NCBI GenBank assembly: GCA_964016885.1
Contig: OZ024741.1
Coordinates: 125,302,001-125,366,000, forward strand
Length of the DNA: 64,000 nt
Source of the DNA: Eledone cirrhosa
Lineage: Eukaryota
Direction: 5' to 3'
Below, in pieces: positions 14,382 through 28,445 of this stretch (its first letter is position 1; each line of letters opens with the position of its first letter). A model generated the notes under the pieces. The model was not told the DNA's origin and ran no database searches. It saw only the letters and a list, made by a program, of their open reading frames with translations. The translations under genes and the position numbers were made by a program.

Positions 14382-14705
14382 TTCTTCTTCTTCGTCCACC
14401 TATCTCTGGAAGTGTCTTGGGACGCCGTGTCTTCAAACGGGTCTCCAGCGGGTCTTGTCAGAAGCAACTATCTCCTATTGATCCGTTCCGATCCCCAAGC
14501 GGTTCAGCCGAGCTCATGGATGTTATCCAAATATCTTGCTCGGAGTTTATCCCTTTGACTTCTCCATGCTGGTTTTGCCAGTAAAATCTATCCAGAGATT
14601 CTTTCCTGGGTCATTTTAATCACATGCCCGTTATATCGGAGCTGTGATCTGTCAATTCGAAGAAGTAGCGGCTCTACCAGGAGCGACTCTCTGGTCTCCG
14701 AGCTA
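14382..14705 (-). mobile_element. RTE-clade LINE 3' fragment
   Basis: Minus translation SSETRESLLVEPLLLRIDRSQLRYNGHVIKM resembles the RTE C-terminal 'LRWxGHVxRM' region, followed by a (GAA)n tail. Confidence 0.75.
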
Positions 14706-14984
14706 TGCAGATCATATATACATATCTATATACATGCATAATCAGATACCTTCTGCCACAAACAAACCTTTAAATAAGGAACTCCTTAGACTTTATTTTT
14801 TTTTTTATTTAAACTGGTAATATGCATTTTATATGACTTTTGTACTAACAGACACTTTTGTCCTAATAGTACTATAAATTGGGACACATCTATCATAGAT
14901 ATATCACCATTTCTCAATATCATTGGCAATAGAAATAACTACTATTACTAAATTGTGATAAATGTAAATTTTATTTTAGGATCT

Positions 14985-15575
14985 ACTAACAGCGGTACCC
15001 GGCATTGCACGGGATAAGGTATTTTGGAACGCGGGCTGCCAACAGACCAAATCGTGGAGAAACTGCATGCCTGGACAATATGTAAAGAAAATAAACCGAA
15101 TACTCTGATGGCTGGATAATCTTTAAGATTTTCCTCAATGAAGCAGGAAAAATGCAGGTTTTCACCTAATGCAGGCCCTAGGAGACAAGAAAATAAAAAA
15201 TTTTTATGTGCATAATATGCCCTGAAATTTCGGGAAAATCGGCTAGACGTAACGCCTCCAAAAAGCCCTAAAAAGCTGAAAAAATGAAATTTTTCACCTA
15301 GGCCATAAAAAATTTGGATTTTCTTTGTTCACAATATGAAGAAGAGACTGACTAATACATAGTTACAATTTCAAGGAAATCGGTCTGACATAACGTCTCA
15401 AAAAAAAACCTAAAAAGATTAAAAAACGCAGTTTTTCACCTAATGTGGGCCCTAGGAGATCAAAAAGTTGAATTTTTTATGTGCATAACACTCCCTGAAA
15501 CCTAAGTAATACACATGTAAAGTTTGAAAAGAATCGGTTGGGTACTTCTCGAGTTTTCGGGATTCAAACTCACAG

Positions 15576-15656
<81 letters not shown>

Positions 15657-15826
15657 TCCACAGGGAAGTGACGTAATGCAGACAGCCAGACATACAGACA
15701 GATATTATAAGGGTGCGACGTTAGATGTATGTATCTATCTAAAAAGAGAAAGACTAAGAATTATAGAGAGAGATCGCTAAATCGCCTAAATGCGGTCCCT
15801 AGGGCATTGAAAATATATATATAGAT
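14985..15826 (+). mobile_element. Helentron/DINE-like non-autonomous element
   Basis: 5' TACTAACAGCGGTACCCGGCATTGCACGGG with a short inverted repeat, internal degenerate ~120-140-bp tandem units (TTTTCACCTA…), a (CA)n/CAGA tract and a 3' ATATATATAGAT end. Confidence 0.5.
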
Positions 15827-17052
15827 AAGTCCTTATGTCCAATGCATTGGATTAAAAAAGCTTCATTATTTTTCCGGCTCTCTGCTCTCATCCTTTCGAT
15901 GTCGATCAATAAAGTACCAGTCCAGTACTGGGCTCAATTCTTCTCTCAACCCCCTCGCTTTCGCTCGCTCGATCCTTTTCTGGAAAATCTGCTGTGTTCC
16001 AACCTGGAACACGTGACACCATCAACGTGACATGGAAGCCACAGAATGTACTTCAAACAGCTAATAAAATTATTAATAACACTAACACAGCGTGATTCAG
16101 AACAAACGTATTCATGGACTCATTTACAGTATGTTTGTATAGAATAAACATATGCATTGTCTCGCTGTATTTTAATTTGTCCGTGTAAGAACTTTATATA
16201 TTCATTTCAAGATCTTTATCTATCTTCAGTAAAGCTGACTCGCTACGAGTGTTAATAACCTCTTATTTACATATTTTGTAAATAAATTATTTTTATGATG
16301 GCTTATTCACATATAATGCATCGCCTAATGGTTAAGGTGTTTCTCTTAGCTCTCTCGCTGTTAATAAGGCCCCTGGGCTTAAACCTAACTGCCTTGTTTT
16401 AACTTCGTCCTCGCTCTCTCCTCGGTTACTTACTTACATGTGCCATTGTCCTGAGTTTCCCCCTTCCATCGGTATGTTATTTCTTTTTTCTCTTTTTTTT
16501 CTTTTTTTCTCTATCTTCGCTATCGCCTCTTCTTCGTCTTTTCTTTCGCTAATAACTTCTCGATAATAAGTTATGGGTGTGATACGGATAGATGCATTGT
16601 CTATAATGCGCTGAAACATCCGTGACCCGTAGAGGACAACTGATGAAGGAAAAATGTCTATCTCTTGTTTGAGTTCCCTTAACTATCTAACATTCGTTAT
16701 CAGTAACCACGCAGCCTCGTCCCTCTCAATCAATATTTATATATGTATATATATATATATCCTTTTAGTATTATTTCTTTTTACGTACCCACTACCTCTA
16801 TCTCACTACCATTCTTCCATATGTCCGTAATATCTACTTATTTATTTTCTTATCGGCCTTGTATCTTAGTTAGGATAGGTTTTATTTTGTATCTTCATTT
16901 TTTTACCTCTTTATATTTCTTTACTCTTGTATTCTTGTATTGCCTTATCTCCTTAATGCTTACTTTAAACAATATGTAATATGTAATATGTAATTAAATA
17001 TATATATGATGCAACACGGAATCTTTGTTCCCTTATATATTATTATGTTATG

Positions 17053-17106
<54 letters not shown>

Positions 17107-17149
17107 GGAAAGATTTGAACAGGGACAAAACGGAGAGGCAGTACAATAA

Positions 17150-17705
<556 letters not shown>

Positions 17706-17920
17706 TATATATATATATATTTTTTTTTTTTTCTAGCTTTAATTTTTTTTCTTCTAGCTTTAATTTTTTTCCTTCTAGTTTTAATTTTATACCTAACTGT
17801 GTATGGTTGACGATATATTTAATCGATGTCCACGTGCTATTGAAATGCTGGGTAAATATTCTATAGCTGTTGATCGCGAATATATGGCTGTCGTTTATTT
17901 ATCTATTATTTCTTCATAGA

Positions 17921-18110
17921 TGGCGGTGGATTGGCAGTATCGGTAGAGAGTCGGACGCCATGCTTTCCAGCATAGTTACGTCCCTTTACGATCTGAGTTC
18001 AAATCCCGCCGAGGTTGACTTTGCCTTTCATCCTTACGGGGTCGATAAAATAAAGTACCAGTAATGCACTGGGTAATTGCTGGCCTTGTGCCTAAAGTAG
18101 AAACAATTAT
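17921..18110 (+). mobile_element. Full-length tRNA-derived SINE (Nin/Deu-like core) with TSD; further + copies ~18600-18785, ~18845-19030, ~22170-22310
   Basis: A-box-like TGGCAGTATCGG, B-box GAGTTCAAATCCC, core GCCTTTCATCCTTACGGGGTCGATAAAATAAAGTACCAG. TSD ATTATTTCTTCATAGATG is present on both sides. Confidence 0.85.
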
Positions 18111-19357
18111 TTCTTCATAGATGCCTTTTAATCTTATAGCCTGGTTTAATTGTTTTTTTTTTGTGTGGTTAATTATGGTGATTGGGAGAGGAAATGGTGT
18201 ATATATCTTATCAAATGATTCTATGGACATAATTTATAGTATATATATATATACACTCATATATATATATATATATGTGTGTGTGATGGTTTTATATTCT
18301 ATATACTTTTATACTTTTTTTATTCATTTTCTTTTTAAACTGCTACCAACATCGCTATCACGAATTCATCATGTCTATATCTCAATTACTTTAGCATTAC
18401 CACCATTACTATTTCTATCATAATCGTCTCTGTTATTCTTATCACTGTAATCTTCATTGCAGTTAGCAGTGAAGACTGAGAGTATAGAAGTACAGAGGCC
18501 ATTGTAGTAACATGCTACAGAATAGCACAATTTTATCATTCTCTACCACTTCACTGTTTCTTATCATTGCCATATTTTACTAAAAGAGCCCTTTACTAAT
18601 GTGGATTGGCAGTATCTGTAGAGCGTCAGACACCATGCTTTGTGGCATATAGTTTCGTCCCTTTACGTTTTGAGTTCAAATTTGCCTTTCATCTTTACGG
18701 GGTCGATAAAACAAAACACCAGTAATGCACTGGGGTCAATTTAATCGACTTTCCCCTCCCCTTCAAATTGCTGGCCTTGTGTTTAATTATTTCGCGAAGT
18801 GTTATTTCGTTAACTGATTTCCATTAATTTTATTATCATCAATTAGTGGATTGGCAGTATCGGTAGAGGGTCGGACGCCATGCTTTGTAGCACAGAGTTA
18901 CGCCCCTTTACGATCGGAGTTCAAATCCCGCCGAGGTTGACTTTGCCTTTCATCTTTACAGGGTAGATAAAATAAAGTACCAGTAATGCACTGGGATAAT
19001 TGCTGACCTTGTGCCAAAAGTAGAAACAATTAATTCTATTATTATCATCATCATCATCATCTTATACATCTTCACAGTTTTTTCATCATCACCATCATAA
19101 GTACTACCAATATGTGCCACCTATTCACTAAATATCTTATCTTCATTCACCCCACTCACCCTATTAATTGATATACACTTACTTAATCACCTAATAAATT
19201 AGACATTTCTACTTTATTCGTTTTGTTTATCATTGTCATCACCTTAAATGTCATCATTGTCTCCCCCCCCTCCCCCATATCATTCTCCCTAAAGTTTCTT
19301 TAGCATTCCATTTAACAGATTGTTACTGACCCGTTTCATTGGTTTACTCCATCCAAT

Positions 19358-19363
19358 ATCATC

Positions 19364-19449
<86 letters not shown>

Positions 19450-19623
19450 CACCATCACAATCATCATCATCATCACCATCACAATCATCATCACCATCAT
19501 CGTCAACATCATTATAATCACGATCATCATCATCATCATCACCATCACCATCAGCACCATCACCATCATCATCATCATCATCATCACCATCACCATCATC
19601 ATCATCATCACCATCATCATCAT
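19358..19623. repeat. (CAT/CAC)n trinucleotide tract
   Basis: Directly visible; gives spurious poly-His/Ser/Met ORFs. Confidence 0.95.
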
Positions 19624-20106
19624 GTCAGCACGCCTTCTCACACATTCCCACTCTTCTCTCTCTCATATTTTTTTCTTTTTCGGTATTTTTTTTTGCTATT
19701 GTTTTTTTCTGTTATCTCCTCTTTTCCTATTTTTTTTCTCTTTTTCCCCTATTTTCTTTTCTCCTATCTTCTTCCCTACATTCTCACCTTCTCTTTCCTC
19801 ACTCCCCCTTTCTCACCTTCTCTGTATTTCCTCTACCCCTCAATCCCACCTCCCACCTTCCCTTTCCTCACTCCCCCTTTCTCATCATCTCTGTATTTCC
19901 TCTACCCCTCACTCCCACCTCCCACCATATCTCTATGTTTCTCCATGTTATACCACTCCAAGATCTATCTATTCTCATGTCCTCCCTATATCTTCCCACA
20001 CCTTCCACACCTCGTCCACATGGATATTTATACTGTTTACATACTGACAGACTTAAAGCTGTTGCCGCTGAATTAACGGAATATTTAAAATGTGTAACAC
20101 GCACAC

Positions 20107-20157
<51 letters not shown>

Positions 20158-20160
20158 ACA

Positions 20161-20217
<57 letters not shown>

Positions 20218-20279
20218 TAGAAACTGAGGTTTTTTTTTACAAAATGAAAAATAACCGAGGTGTCCTACACGAGTGAAAG

Positions 20280-20572
20280 TATAGGGAAAAAAGATGAAAT
20301 CGAAAATGCAACTGGAGTCTTATTTTTATTTTAAAATATATATTTATTTGGTTCCTTTACCGGTTTCGCAGTTCTTCTGCTTTTCAAAAGTAGAGTTGAG
20401 ATGGAGGGTCTGTGGTTTTTCTCACATCACAGATATGAGAAAAACCACAGACCCTCCATCTCAACTCTACTTTTGAAAAGCAGAAGAACTGCGAAACCGG
20501 TAAAGGAACCAAATAAATATATATTTTAAAAGACTCCAGCTGCATTTTCGATTTCATCTTTTTTCCTTATAT
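20280..20572. mobile_element. ~290-bp near-perfect palindrome with a hammerhead-like motif in each arm
   Basis: Arms of about 140 bp around a centre at ~20430. The right arm at 20470-20505 reads CUU-UUGAAAA-GCAG-AAGAA-CUGC-GAAA-CCGG-UA-AAG, followed by AAATAAA. Confidence 0.85.
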
Positions 20573-20583
20573 ATATATTTATA

Positions 20584-20643
<60 letters not shown>

Positions 20644-20727
20644 GTAATAATAATAAATTAAAAGACTAACATCGAAAGAGGGCTCGATAAGGATAAATAT
20701 ATATCAAATATATAAGAACCGTAGAGC

Positions 20728-20890
20728 AAATATTTATTAAAATAACCGATTAAAGTTTAAGCAAAGAATCGCTACTTTCACCCTTAACGGGATCTTCTGA
20801 AACTAACAAAGATTGACTTTGTTAGTTTCAGAATATCCCGTTAAGGGCGAAAGTAGCGATTCTTTGCTTAAACTTTAATCTGTTATTTTA

Positions 20891-20897
<7 letters not shown>
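20728..20897. mobile_element. ~165-bp palindrome in (TA)n; a single arm recurs at ~60888-60965
   Basis: TAAAGTTTAAGCAAAGAATCGCTACTTTCACCCTTAACGGGATCTTCTGAAACTAACAAAG and its reverse complement. Confidence 0.85.
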
Positions 20898-20961
<64 letters not shown>

Positions 20962-21082
20962 TATATATATATATATGTAGTTGAATAAATGATCAGAGAA
21001 CAAAAAACAGGGAGGCAGTACAAATGATATAGTTTTTAGTTTCACGCTTGAGAGTGGAGGGTGGTATACATATATACATATG

Positions 21083-21133
<51 letters not shown>

Positions 21134-21134
21134 G

Positions 21135-21208
<74 letters not shown>

Positions 21209-21627
21209 AAAATAGGAATTAAGAGTATTCCGCAGTTCACTGTAATAATAATACTAATAGTATTATTAGTTCAAAGAAGAATAGAAAATTTCCTTTTGCA
21301 ATCTCTCTAGCTATGAAGGTTAGATGTGCAGGATTCAGTCTCGCATTTTGCTGACTGATGATCCATGTTGGACTGTTATTCTACACATATAGGTGGTGAC
21401 ACATATAAGTGGTGAAACAAAAAACTATGTTCGTACGTATCAGCAAAATATAGTTATAAGGTTTGTGATTTAAAATTCCAATCCAGAGATTTGATTCTGA
21501 TCTGGTTTTTTTCTATTTAATTGCTTACCTGTAGATATTGTTCCCTATACAGTAACAGTAAAATCACTTGTAATAATTCTTTACACACTTCTCACTGTGT
21601 AACACATTTCTCTTTGTGTAATATATA

Positions 21628-21669
<42 letters not shown>

Positions 21670-21820
21670 AGTAGTAACACAACAGTTCACCATACCGAGA
21701 ACACTTGTTTCACCTTATGCGGATCTTCAACTCGGACTGAAGTCCGAGCTGAAGATCCGCATAAGGTGAAATAATTGTTAATTGGTCTCTGTATGGTGAA
21801 CTAGCTGTTGCGTTACTACT
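21670..21820. mobile_element. Palindromic element with a minimal hammerhead motif in each arm
   Basis: Plus: CCGAG-CUGAAGA-UCC-GCAUAA-GGU-GAAA-UAAUUGUU…. Minus: CCGAG-UUGAAGA-UCC-GCAUAA-GGU-GAAAC-AAGU-GUU-CUCGG. Confidence 0.75.
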
Positions 21821-23809
21821 GCTACCAAACTCGTCCTATGGACTGAGTGCTCTACCACTACGGATATTACCTTCCAGTGTTCTACCTATATATATATATA
21901 TATATATATGGGATAACCACTTATCGTTATAGGTAATCCGACTAGAGTACTCCACGTCGTGGATGGTTTTAACGTACGGCTTTGTTTGACTCAACAAGAT
22001 GTTTCCATAGTTATGCAGCGAGTTCCCGGTAATTTCTATGCAGGTAATTTGACGCAACCTCAAGTGATTAGCGAACTCTAGACACACCTGATCAACGAAA
22101 CAGTTGTCGGTACTTTAAATAAAGCCCTTATTGCACAGCCAACCATGTTACTCTTCTTTCTTTAACTATATGTTAGAACGTCAGATAGAATGCTTTGTTG
22201 TATTCGTTTTCGAGTCGCTGCTCTCTGAGTTCAAATCCCACTGGGGCCAACTTTGCCTTTCATCCATTTCAGGTCGATAAAAAAAAAATACTAGTCAAGT
22301 ACTGGTGTTGATTCTTCTTCATATCTCTTTTTGTCATTCTTTTGAAGAAATCTATCGTGTTCAGACATGGAGATAATTGAACTCCGCCAGATTTTAAAAT
22401 GCCCTAGAAGCGCTGTATGTCAATGCGCCGCCCCTATGACTCTATCGGGAATTACGGAGACCATGCTATGTTTGTTTATAAATCATGTCTGATAGTTTTT
22501 TTAACACTGCCAGCAGATATAACTTTCAGGGGGAATAATTCTAAATGATTATTATAAAATATTCAAGGGGAATAACTCTAAATGTTCAAGTTGCCACGAT
22601 GGAAATTACGCCCAGCATATGAGAGATGCGTCATTAAGTTTCCTGCAGACATCTCTGTCGTATTTTCCGTCTCCGATTGCAGGTTACCCGATTTATTCAA
22701 CTATTGTTAGAGTTAGCTGTTTCGTGGTGATTCTATTTTTAATTCATTGTCTGAATTCCAGTTACGTGTTGTTTAAAGCATGGACACAACATACTACACG
22801 AAGGGTTAAGTGGTTCGGTTGGTAATCATAGGGTCCTGGATTCGATCCCACTACGTGACATCTTATGAAGGTGTTATTTACCATAGACTCAGGTTACTGC
22901 ATGCCTTGTGAGAAAGATTGTGTAGACGGAAACTTTGGAATTCTATCGTATGGGCTGTACCTGTAGTTCTAAGGTCCAGCTTTTTCATACAGTGCCAAGT
23001 TGAATCTCACTAATGGGTACACGTAGGAATATACGTATCTGTGGAATACTCAGCCACTTACATGTAAATGTCATCAGCAATATCTTTCGTTTACCAAGCC
23101 ACCGGTACACTCCTCATCGAAACCAATGTATGTCCATCCGTTATCTAATGTGTCCCAGCACGTTCTAAAAGTGTGTGATATGACAGAGATCTTCTTGTAT
23201 TTCAATTAGAAGGGGAGACGACTGAAAGGTTTCCCACGCTGATATATACATTTAATATTGTGTCGAATCATAAAATAGTTTGGGGTTTTTTTGTTAAGCG
23301 AAATTTAAAAAAATAAAAACAACAAAACACCAAATATTTAATTAAGAAATTTTCAACAAAGTTGTTTTTATTTTAATGAAAAAAAAAACGTTTTTTTTTT
23401 TCAATATTATACTCTGGCCCTTATAAAAGAGGTTGATCTTGTATTGTGAAGGTGCATCACCCTTGATTTGCAAGAACTTATGTGTGTGTGTATATATATA
23501 TTACAATAATAATAATGTTCATAATGGTTTCCTTACATGTGGACTATGTCAGGAAATTTTGAGGGCAGATATAGTCGATTTAACACTTGATAGCAAACCA
23601 CATGAAACCGCCCTATGATGCAAGACTGTTATTAAATAGCTAAAAAGTGTTCATTATTTTATGTAAGGACCTTTATAGAGTAGTGTTCCAAACATCAACT
23701 GATTAATGAGATACTTAGCTATATTTCCTAATCACTCCAAATATTCAATTATTATCTTTGTAATTATTTCAAAATGACAGGCAATGAGTTTCATCAGAAA
23801 TATGGGAAT

Positions 23810-25260
23810 GAACGGATTAATCAACACCGGTATTTGATTGGCCCTTATTTTGTCGACCAGTTCTAGAAGGATGAAATATAAAGTTAGACTTTGGTGGGAT
23901 TCGATCTACAATTCTTGAGATAAGAAACTAATGAAAAATATTTAATACAGCGTTCCAGAGAATGTCAGCAATTCACATATAATAATAGTTTCTACTTTAG
24001 ACACAAGGCCAGTAATTTGAAGGGGAGGGGAAAGTCGATTAAATCAACCCCAGTGCATGACTGGTACTTTATTTTATCAACCCCGTAAGGATGAAAGGAA
24101 AAGCTACCCTCGGCGGATTTGAAATCAGAACGTAAAAGGCCATAACTCTATGCCACGAAGCATTTGGTCCGACGCTCTACTGATTCTGCCAATTCATCGC
24201 CCTCATGCTACATTTAATAATGGTTTCTAATTTAGGCACAAGTTTTAACAATTTGGGGAAAAGTGTAAGTTGATTAAACCAACCCCAATAACTACTGGTA
24301 CTTTATTTTATCGAACAAATAGTTAGAGCATCGTGACTGAACACACAAGATATTTTGTCCCATGCCCTAACAATTCTGCCAATGCACCACCCATGCCACA
24401 TTTAATAACATTGGCAGAAGACCCTACATTGGAGCGAGATGAGCAGGTAGTAGCTTTAAACGACGCCAATACTTGACAGATACATATTTTATCTATACGG
24501 GAAATGGGTGGAGCAGAGGAGCAAAGTCCACTTCAGCAGGATTTGAATTCAGAAGGTAAAGAACTGTAACTAAAAATTGCAAGATGGGTTTTGTCCGACA
24601 TTTTACTGATTCTGGCAATCCACAACCCTCCAAATAAAGGCGGGGGTAGGAGAAAGTCGATTAAATCGTCTCCAGTAGGCAACTGATACTTTATTTTAAG
24701 GACCACGTAAGGATCAAAGGCAAAGTTATTTGAACTCAGAATGCAAAGGACCGTAACTCTGTGCCACAAAGCATGTTGTCCGACACCCTACTACCGATAC
24801 TGCCAATCCACCACCCTCACAATCCTCTAAATAATGATTACTTACATAGAAACAAGGCCACAAATAGTAAAAAGGAGGCGGTCAGTCGATTAAAGCATCC
24901 CCAGTGATTGACTGGCACTTTATTATTTTATCAACTTTAGTGGGATTCGATCTACGATTCTTGTGATACGAAATTAATGAGAAATATTTAATCCAGAACT
25001 CCAGAGAATGTCAGTATGCCACATTTAATGATGGTTTCTACTTTTGGCACAAAACCAGCAATTTGAAGGGGGAGGAAGTCGATCAGATCGACCCAGTGTG
25101 TGACTGGTACTTTATTTTATAGACTTCGTAAGGATGAGAGACAAAGCTAACCTCGGCAGGATCTGAAATTAAAACGTAAAGGGGCCGTAATTCTATGCCA
25201 CAAAGCATTTGGTCTGACTCAAAGGCAAAGTTTGACCTCGGTGGGATATAAACTCATGTG
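23810..25260 (-). mobile_element. Cluster of about 5-6 tandem diverged tRNA-SINE copies
   Basis: Repeated GTTTCTACTTT..GCACAAGGCC…CTGGTACTTTATTTTATC…GGCAAAG..AACCTCGGCGG blocks. Confidence 0.8.
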
Positions 25261-28054
25261 CAGCCACTTAATAATTCTTTCTAACAATAGTACAGAGCCA
25301 ACAATTTTGGACGTTTATTTATTTTAAATTAATCCAACGTTACTATTTTTACATTACTATAATTTTATAATGCTAATTTTAATTTAATTATAAAGATGCT
25401 AATAAAGATGTTGCTGTTTAATTAATTAAAGGACGCTAATCTTATGCAAAAAAAATATATATATATATTGCGTACAAGATTTTTTTTTTTTTCATATAAA
25501 TTTGTTAGGGAAATCATGGTGATGAATTAATAGGGGTGATAGTATGCTAGAAAACAGAGTTAAGAAACACTATTGTTTTAATCCTTGTTGCCAAGCTACT
25601 ATGAGACTTAATATTACAGAAAGACTAAATGCATATGGATTTTAATCTATATATTCAATTATCTAATCTATCTATTTATCTGTCTACCTATCTATGCCTA
25701 TCTTCCTAGATATCTATTAATATATGTCTGTTTATCTATGTCTATCTATATCTATCTGTCTATTCATCTATGTCTATCTATTTATCTACATCTATCTATC
25801 TATCTATGTATATCTATACATTAATGAGTAGAAACAGTTGGTATGTTTATTTACAAACTAAATTTTATATTTTAATGAGATGTACATAGTATTGATGATG
25901 ATGATGATGATGATGATAATGGTGACAACAATGATGATGAACTCTCCAAACATGAATATAAAATTCAAAATAATTTTTTTTTAAGGTTTCGAATTTTACT
26001 ACAAAATGAAATTTTTTATTTTTATTTTTGTCCTTTTTATCCAGTTTGAAATTTTCAAATTGTAATATTGGAATGATCATCTATTAATAAATTTGATTGT
26101 TTTTGAATAGGTACAAAGCCACAGTTTTGTAAGTTAAAAGGTATATACAAATTTAAATTTGCCTCAGTATATTCTGAGTGAGAATAACAATCAAAAGACA
26201 GAAATATTTATACTTTCCGAAGATAACAAATAATATAAGTTTTTAAAGAATGTACTAGAAATTGTTATACAGTAGGAATAACAATAGAAAGAGAGAAATG
26301 CTTATATTTAAAGAATGGACACCCAATATTCAGTGTGTATATTATTAAACTTGCTCTCAAACCCACACCCTACCCCCACAGGGCTACCTTTTCAAACCCT
26401 CCTAAGGATCTGTACACCCCAGATTTGGGATCGCAGTCTTAGAGTATTGTTTGTTTGCAAATGGCCCCCTTATGTTGATTTCAAATTCTATTTGGCTGGA
26501 GTTAACTTTGAATTTTCCCAGTAGACTTAATAGACACTGGATATACACAAAATGAGACCAATCCAATAGCTTGATTACTTTTACCCATGTACAACAAATA
26601 ATTTGGCCCCTTTGATTATTTATTTATTGCCAAAGTTAGAAATTATTGTTGTTGGTGGTGGTGGTGGTGGTGGTGGTGTGTCACCACTGAAAACTTTTTG
26701 TTGTTGATTGTAATGGCAACATGTATTAATTAATAACTCTTTCTAGGTCATGCAAGAGGAAAAGTAGATTTTTGAGTATGGGCTTTTTGGGTGTTTTCTT
26801 CCAGTATGTTTCAGATTTTTAGAAATGAGAAATTTCAATTTTCTCGATTAAAGTAGATACCACTGTATAAATAGTATTTATAAACATTATAACACTGATA
26901 ATAGTTAAAAATCAGATCATGCTTCTGTATCATGTAACCCAGTACAACCTGCTTTATAGTCGAGTGGTCCATGACTAAACTAGCTCCCTCACCAGACCCT
27001 GGTCTGGTGAGGTTGCGAAGTCGAACCCCATCATCATAAAAGAAGAGTTGTTGAAAGGGTTGATGAGCTCCTCAGAGTCAATGGCCATCCACCTCAACTA
27101 TGGTTTAAATAGCCTCACCAACACACAATTGACCAAGAATGATGAGTACAGCTACACCCTTGAAGATATGACCAAAACTAAACAGAAATTGGTGGAGGTC
27201 AACCAGGAAAGGGCTCCTCCAACAGAAGGACCTGGATTGGATTGGAATAGTTAAATCATGTTTAGAAACATAACATAGATGTTTAAGTATTATACTCATC
27301 ATGTTATTAATAATGTTTATATAATGTTTATGACCATTACAACATTGATAATGTTTATAAATATCATAACATCAATAATGTTTATAAACATTATAATATT
27401 GATGTTTAAATAAAAATCACAAATATTATGGAGTTCATAATATCCAAAAGGAAATTTAAATATTATAAAACTGATAATGTTTAAATAAGAATTAGGAATA
27501 CAAAAATTGTAAAACAAAAATAAATAAGAAAATCAAAAGAAATTTCATGAAACGGTTTTTTTCTACCAATTATCACTATCTGCAGATTAACAAATATTCC
27601 ACCATCAGTAGTTATTAGACCTTCAAGAAACAGTAGTCAAATCTCCCTCAAATTCCTCCCTACTACCTTAAAAAATAAAAATAAAACATTTGCTAATGTA
27701 GTCCTATGTGTAATATGTCTGAAGAAAATAAATGGGATAGTACTGTTAGAATGTTTTTGTTCTTATGAAATTTAGAGAAAGTTCAGGGCAGCCCAAACAC
27801 CTCTCAACACATTACAAAAGATGTGAGATAGTACTCAAGATTGGATTGTACTAGCTCTTTCAGCACATTTCTATCACGATCCTTTAGGGGAACTGTTTTG
27901 CAAATACTGTCTGCTGGCACTCTGAAGTACCAAACATACCCCTGAGCTTTTACAATTCAGAGAGAAGAAACACAGAAGAAACAAAAGAGCATGATAACCT
28001 TTTGTTGGTTATGCTGTTACCCTTAGACACAAACAAAGGGTTGAGAAGCATCTT

Positions 28055-28445
28055 CTGTTGTGACAATCATATGACAACTTACCAAATGTTGGTGCCACAA
28101 AAATGTGACTGGGGCACTCTGTAGATGTAGAGAATGTATCAGTGACATAACAACCTACCATGTGCTTGTGCCATGAAAATGTGACTATGGCACTCAGTAG
28201 AAGTCTTCAGTTATGTCAGAGACATGACAAGCTACTGAGTGCTGGTGCCATGAAAATGTGATTAGGGCACTCTGTAGAAGTCTTCTGTTGCATCAGAGAC
28301 ATGACAACCTACCAAATGTTGGTGCCACGAAAATGTGACTGGGGCACTCTGTAGATGGAGAGAATGTATCTGTGACATGACAACCTACTAAGTGCTGGTG
28401 CCATGAAAATATAAAACTGGGGCACTCTGTAGAGGAAGAGAATGT
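28055..28445. repeat. Degenerate 60-75-bp tandem repeat
   Basis: Recurrent GACATGACAACCTAC…TGGTGCCAYGAAAATGTGACTGGGGCACTCTGTAGA. Similar motifs occur at 43315-43625. Confidence 0.8.

Noticed and set aside
17921-18010. tRNA gene
   Set aside because: A and B boxes are present but continue into a SINE body with TSDs and many dispersed copies.
19320-20076. 245-aa poly-His ORF and overlapping poly-Met/Ser ORFs
   Set aside because: They come from (CAT)n plus pyrimidine-rich low-complexity DNA with no supporting exon structure.
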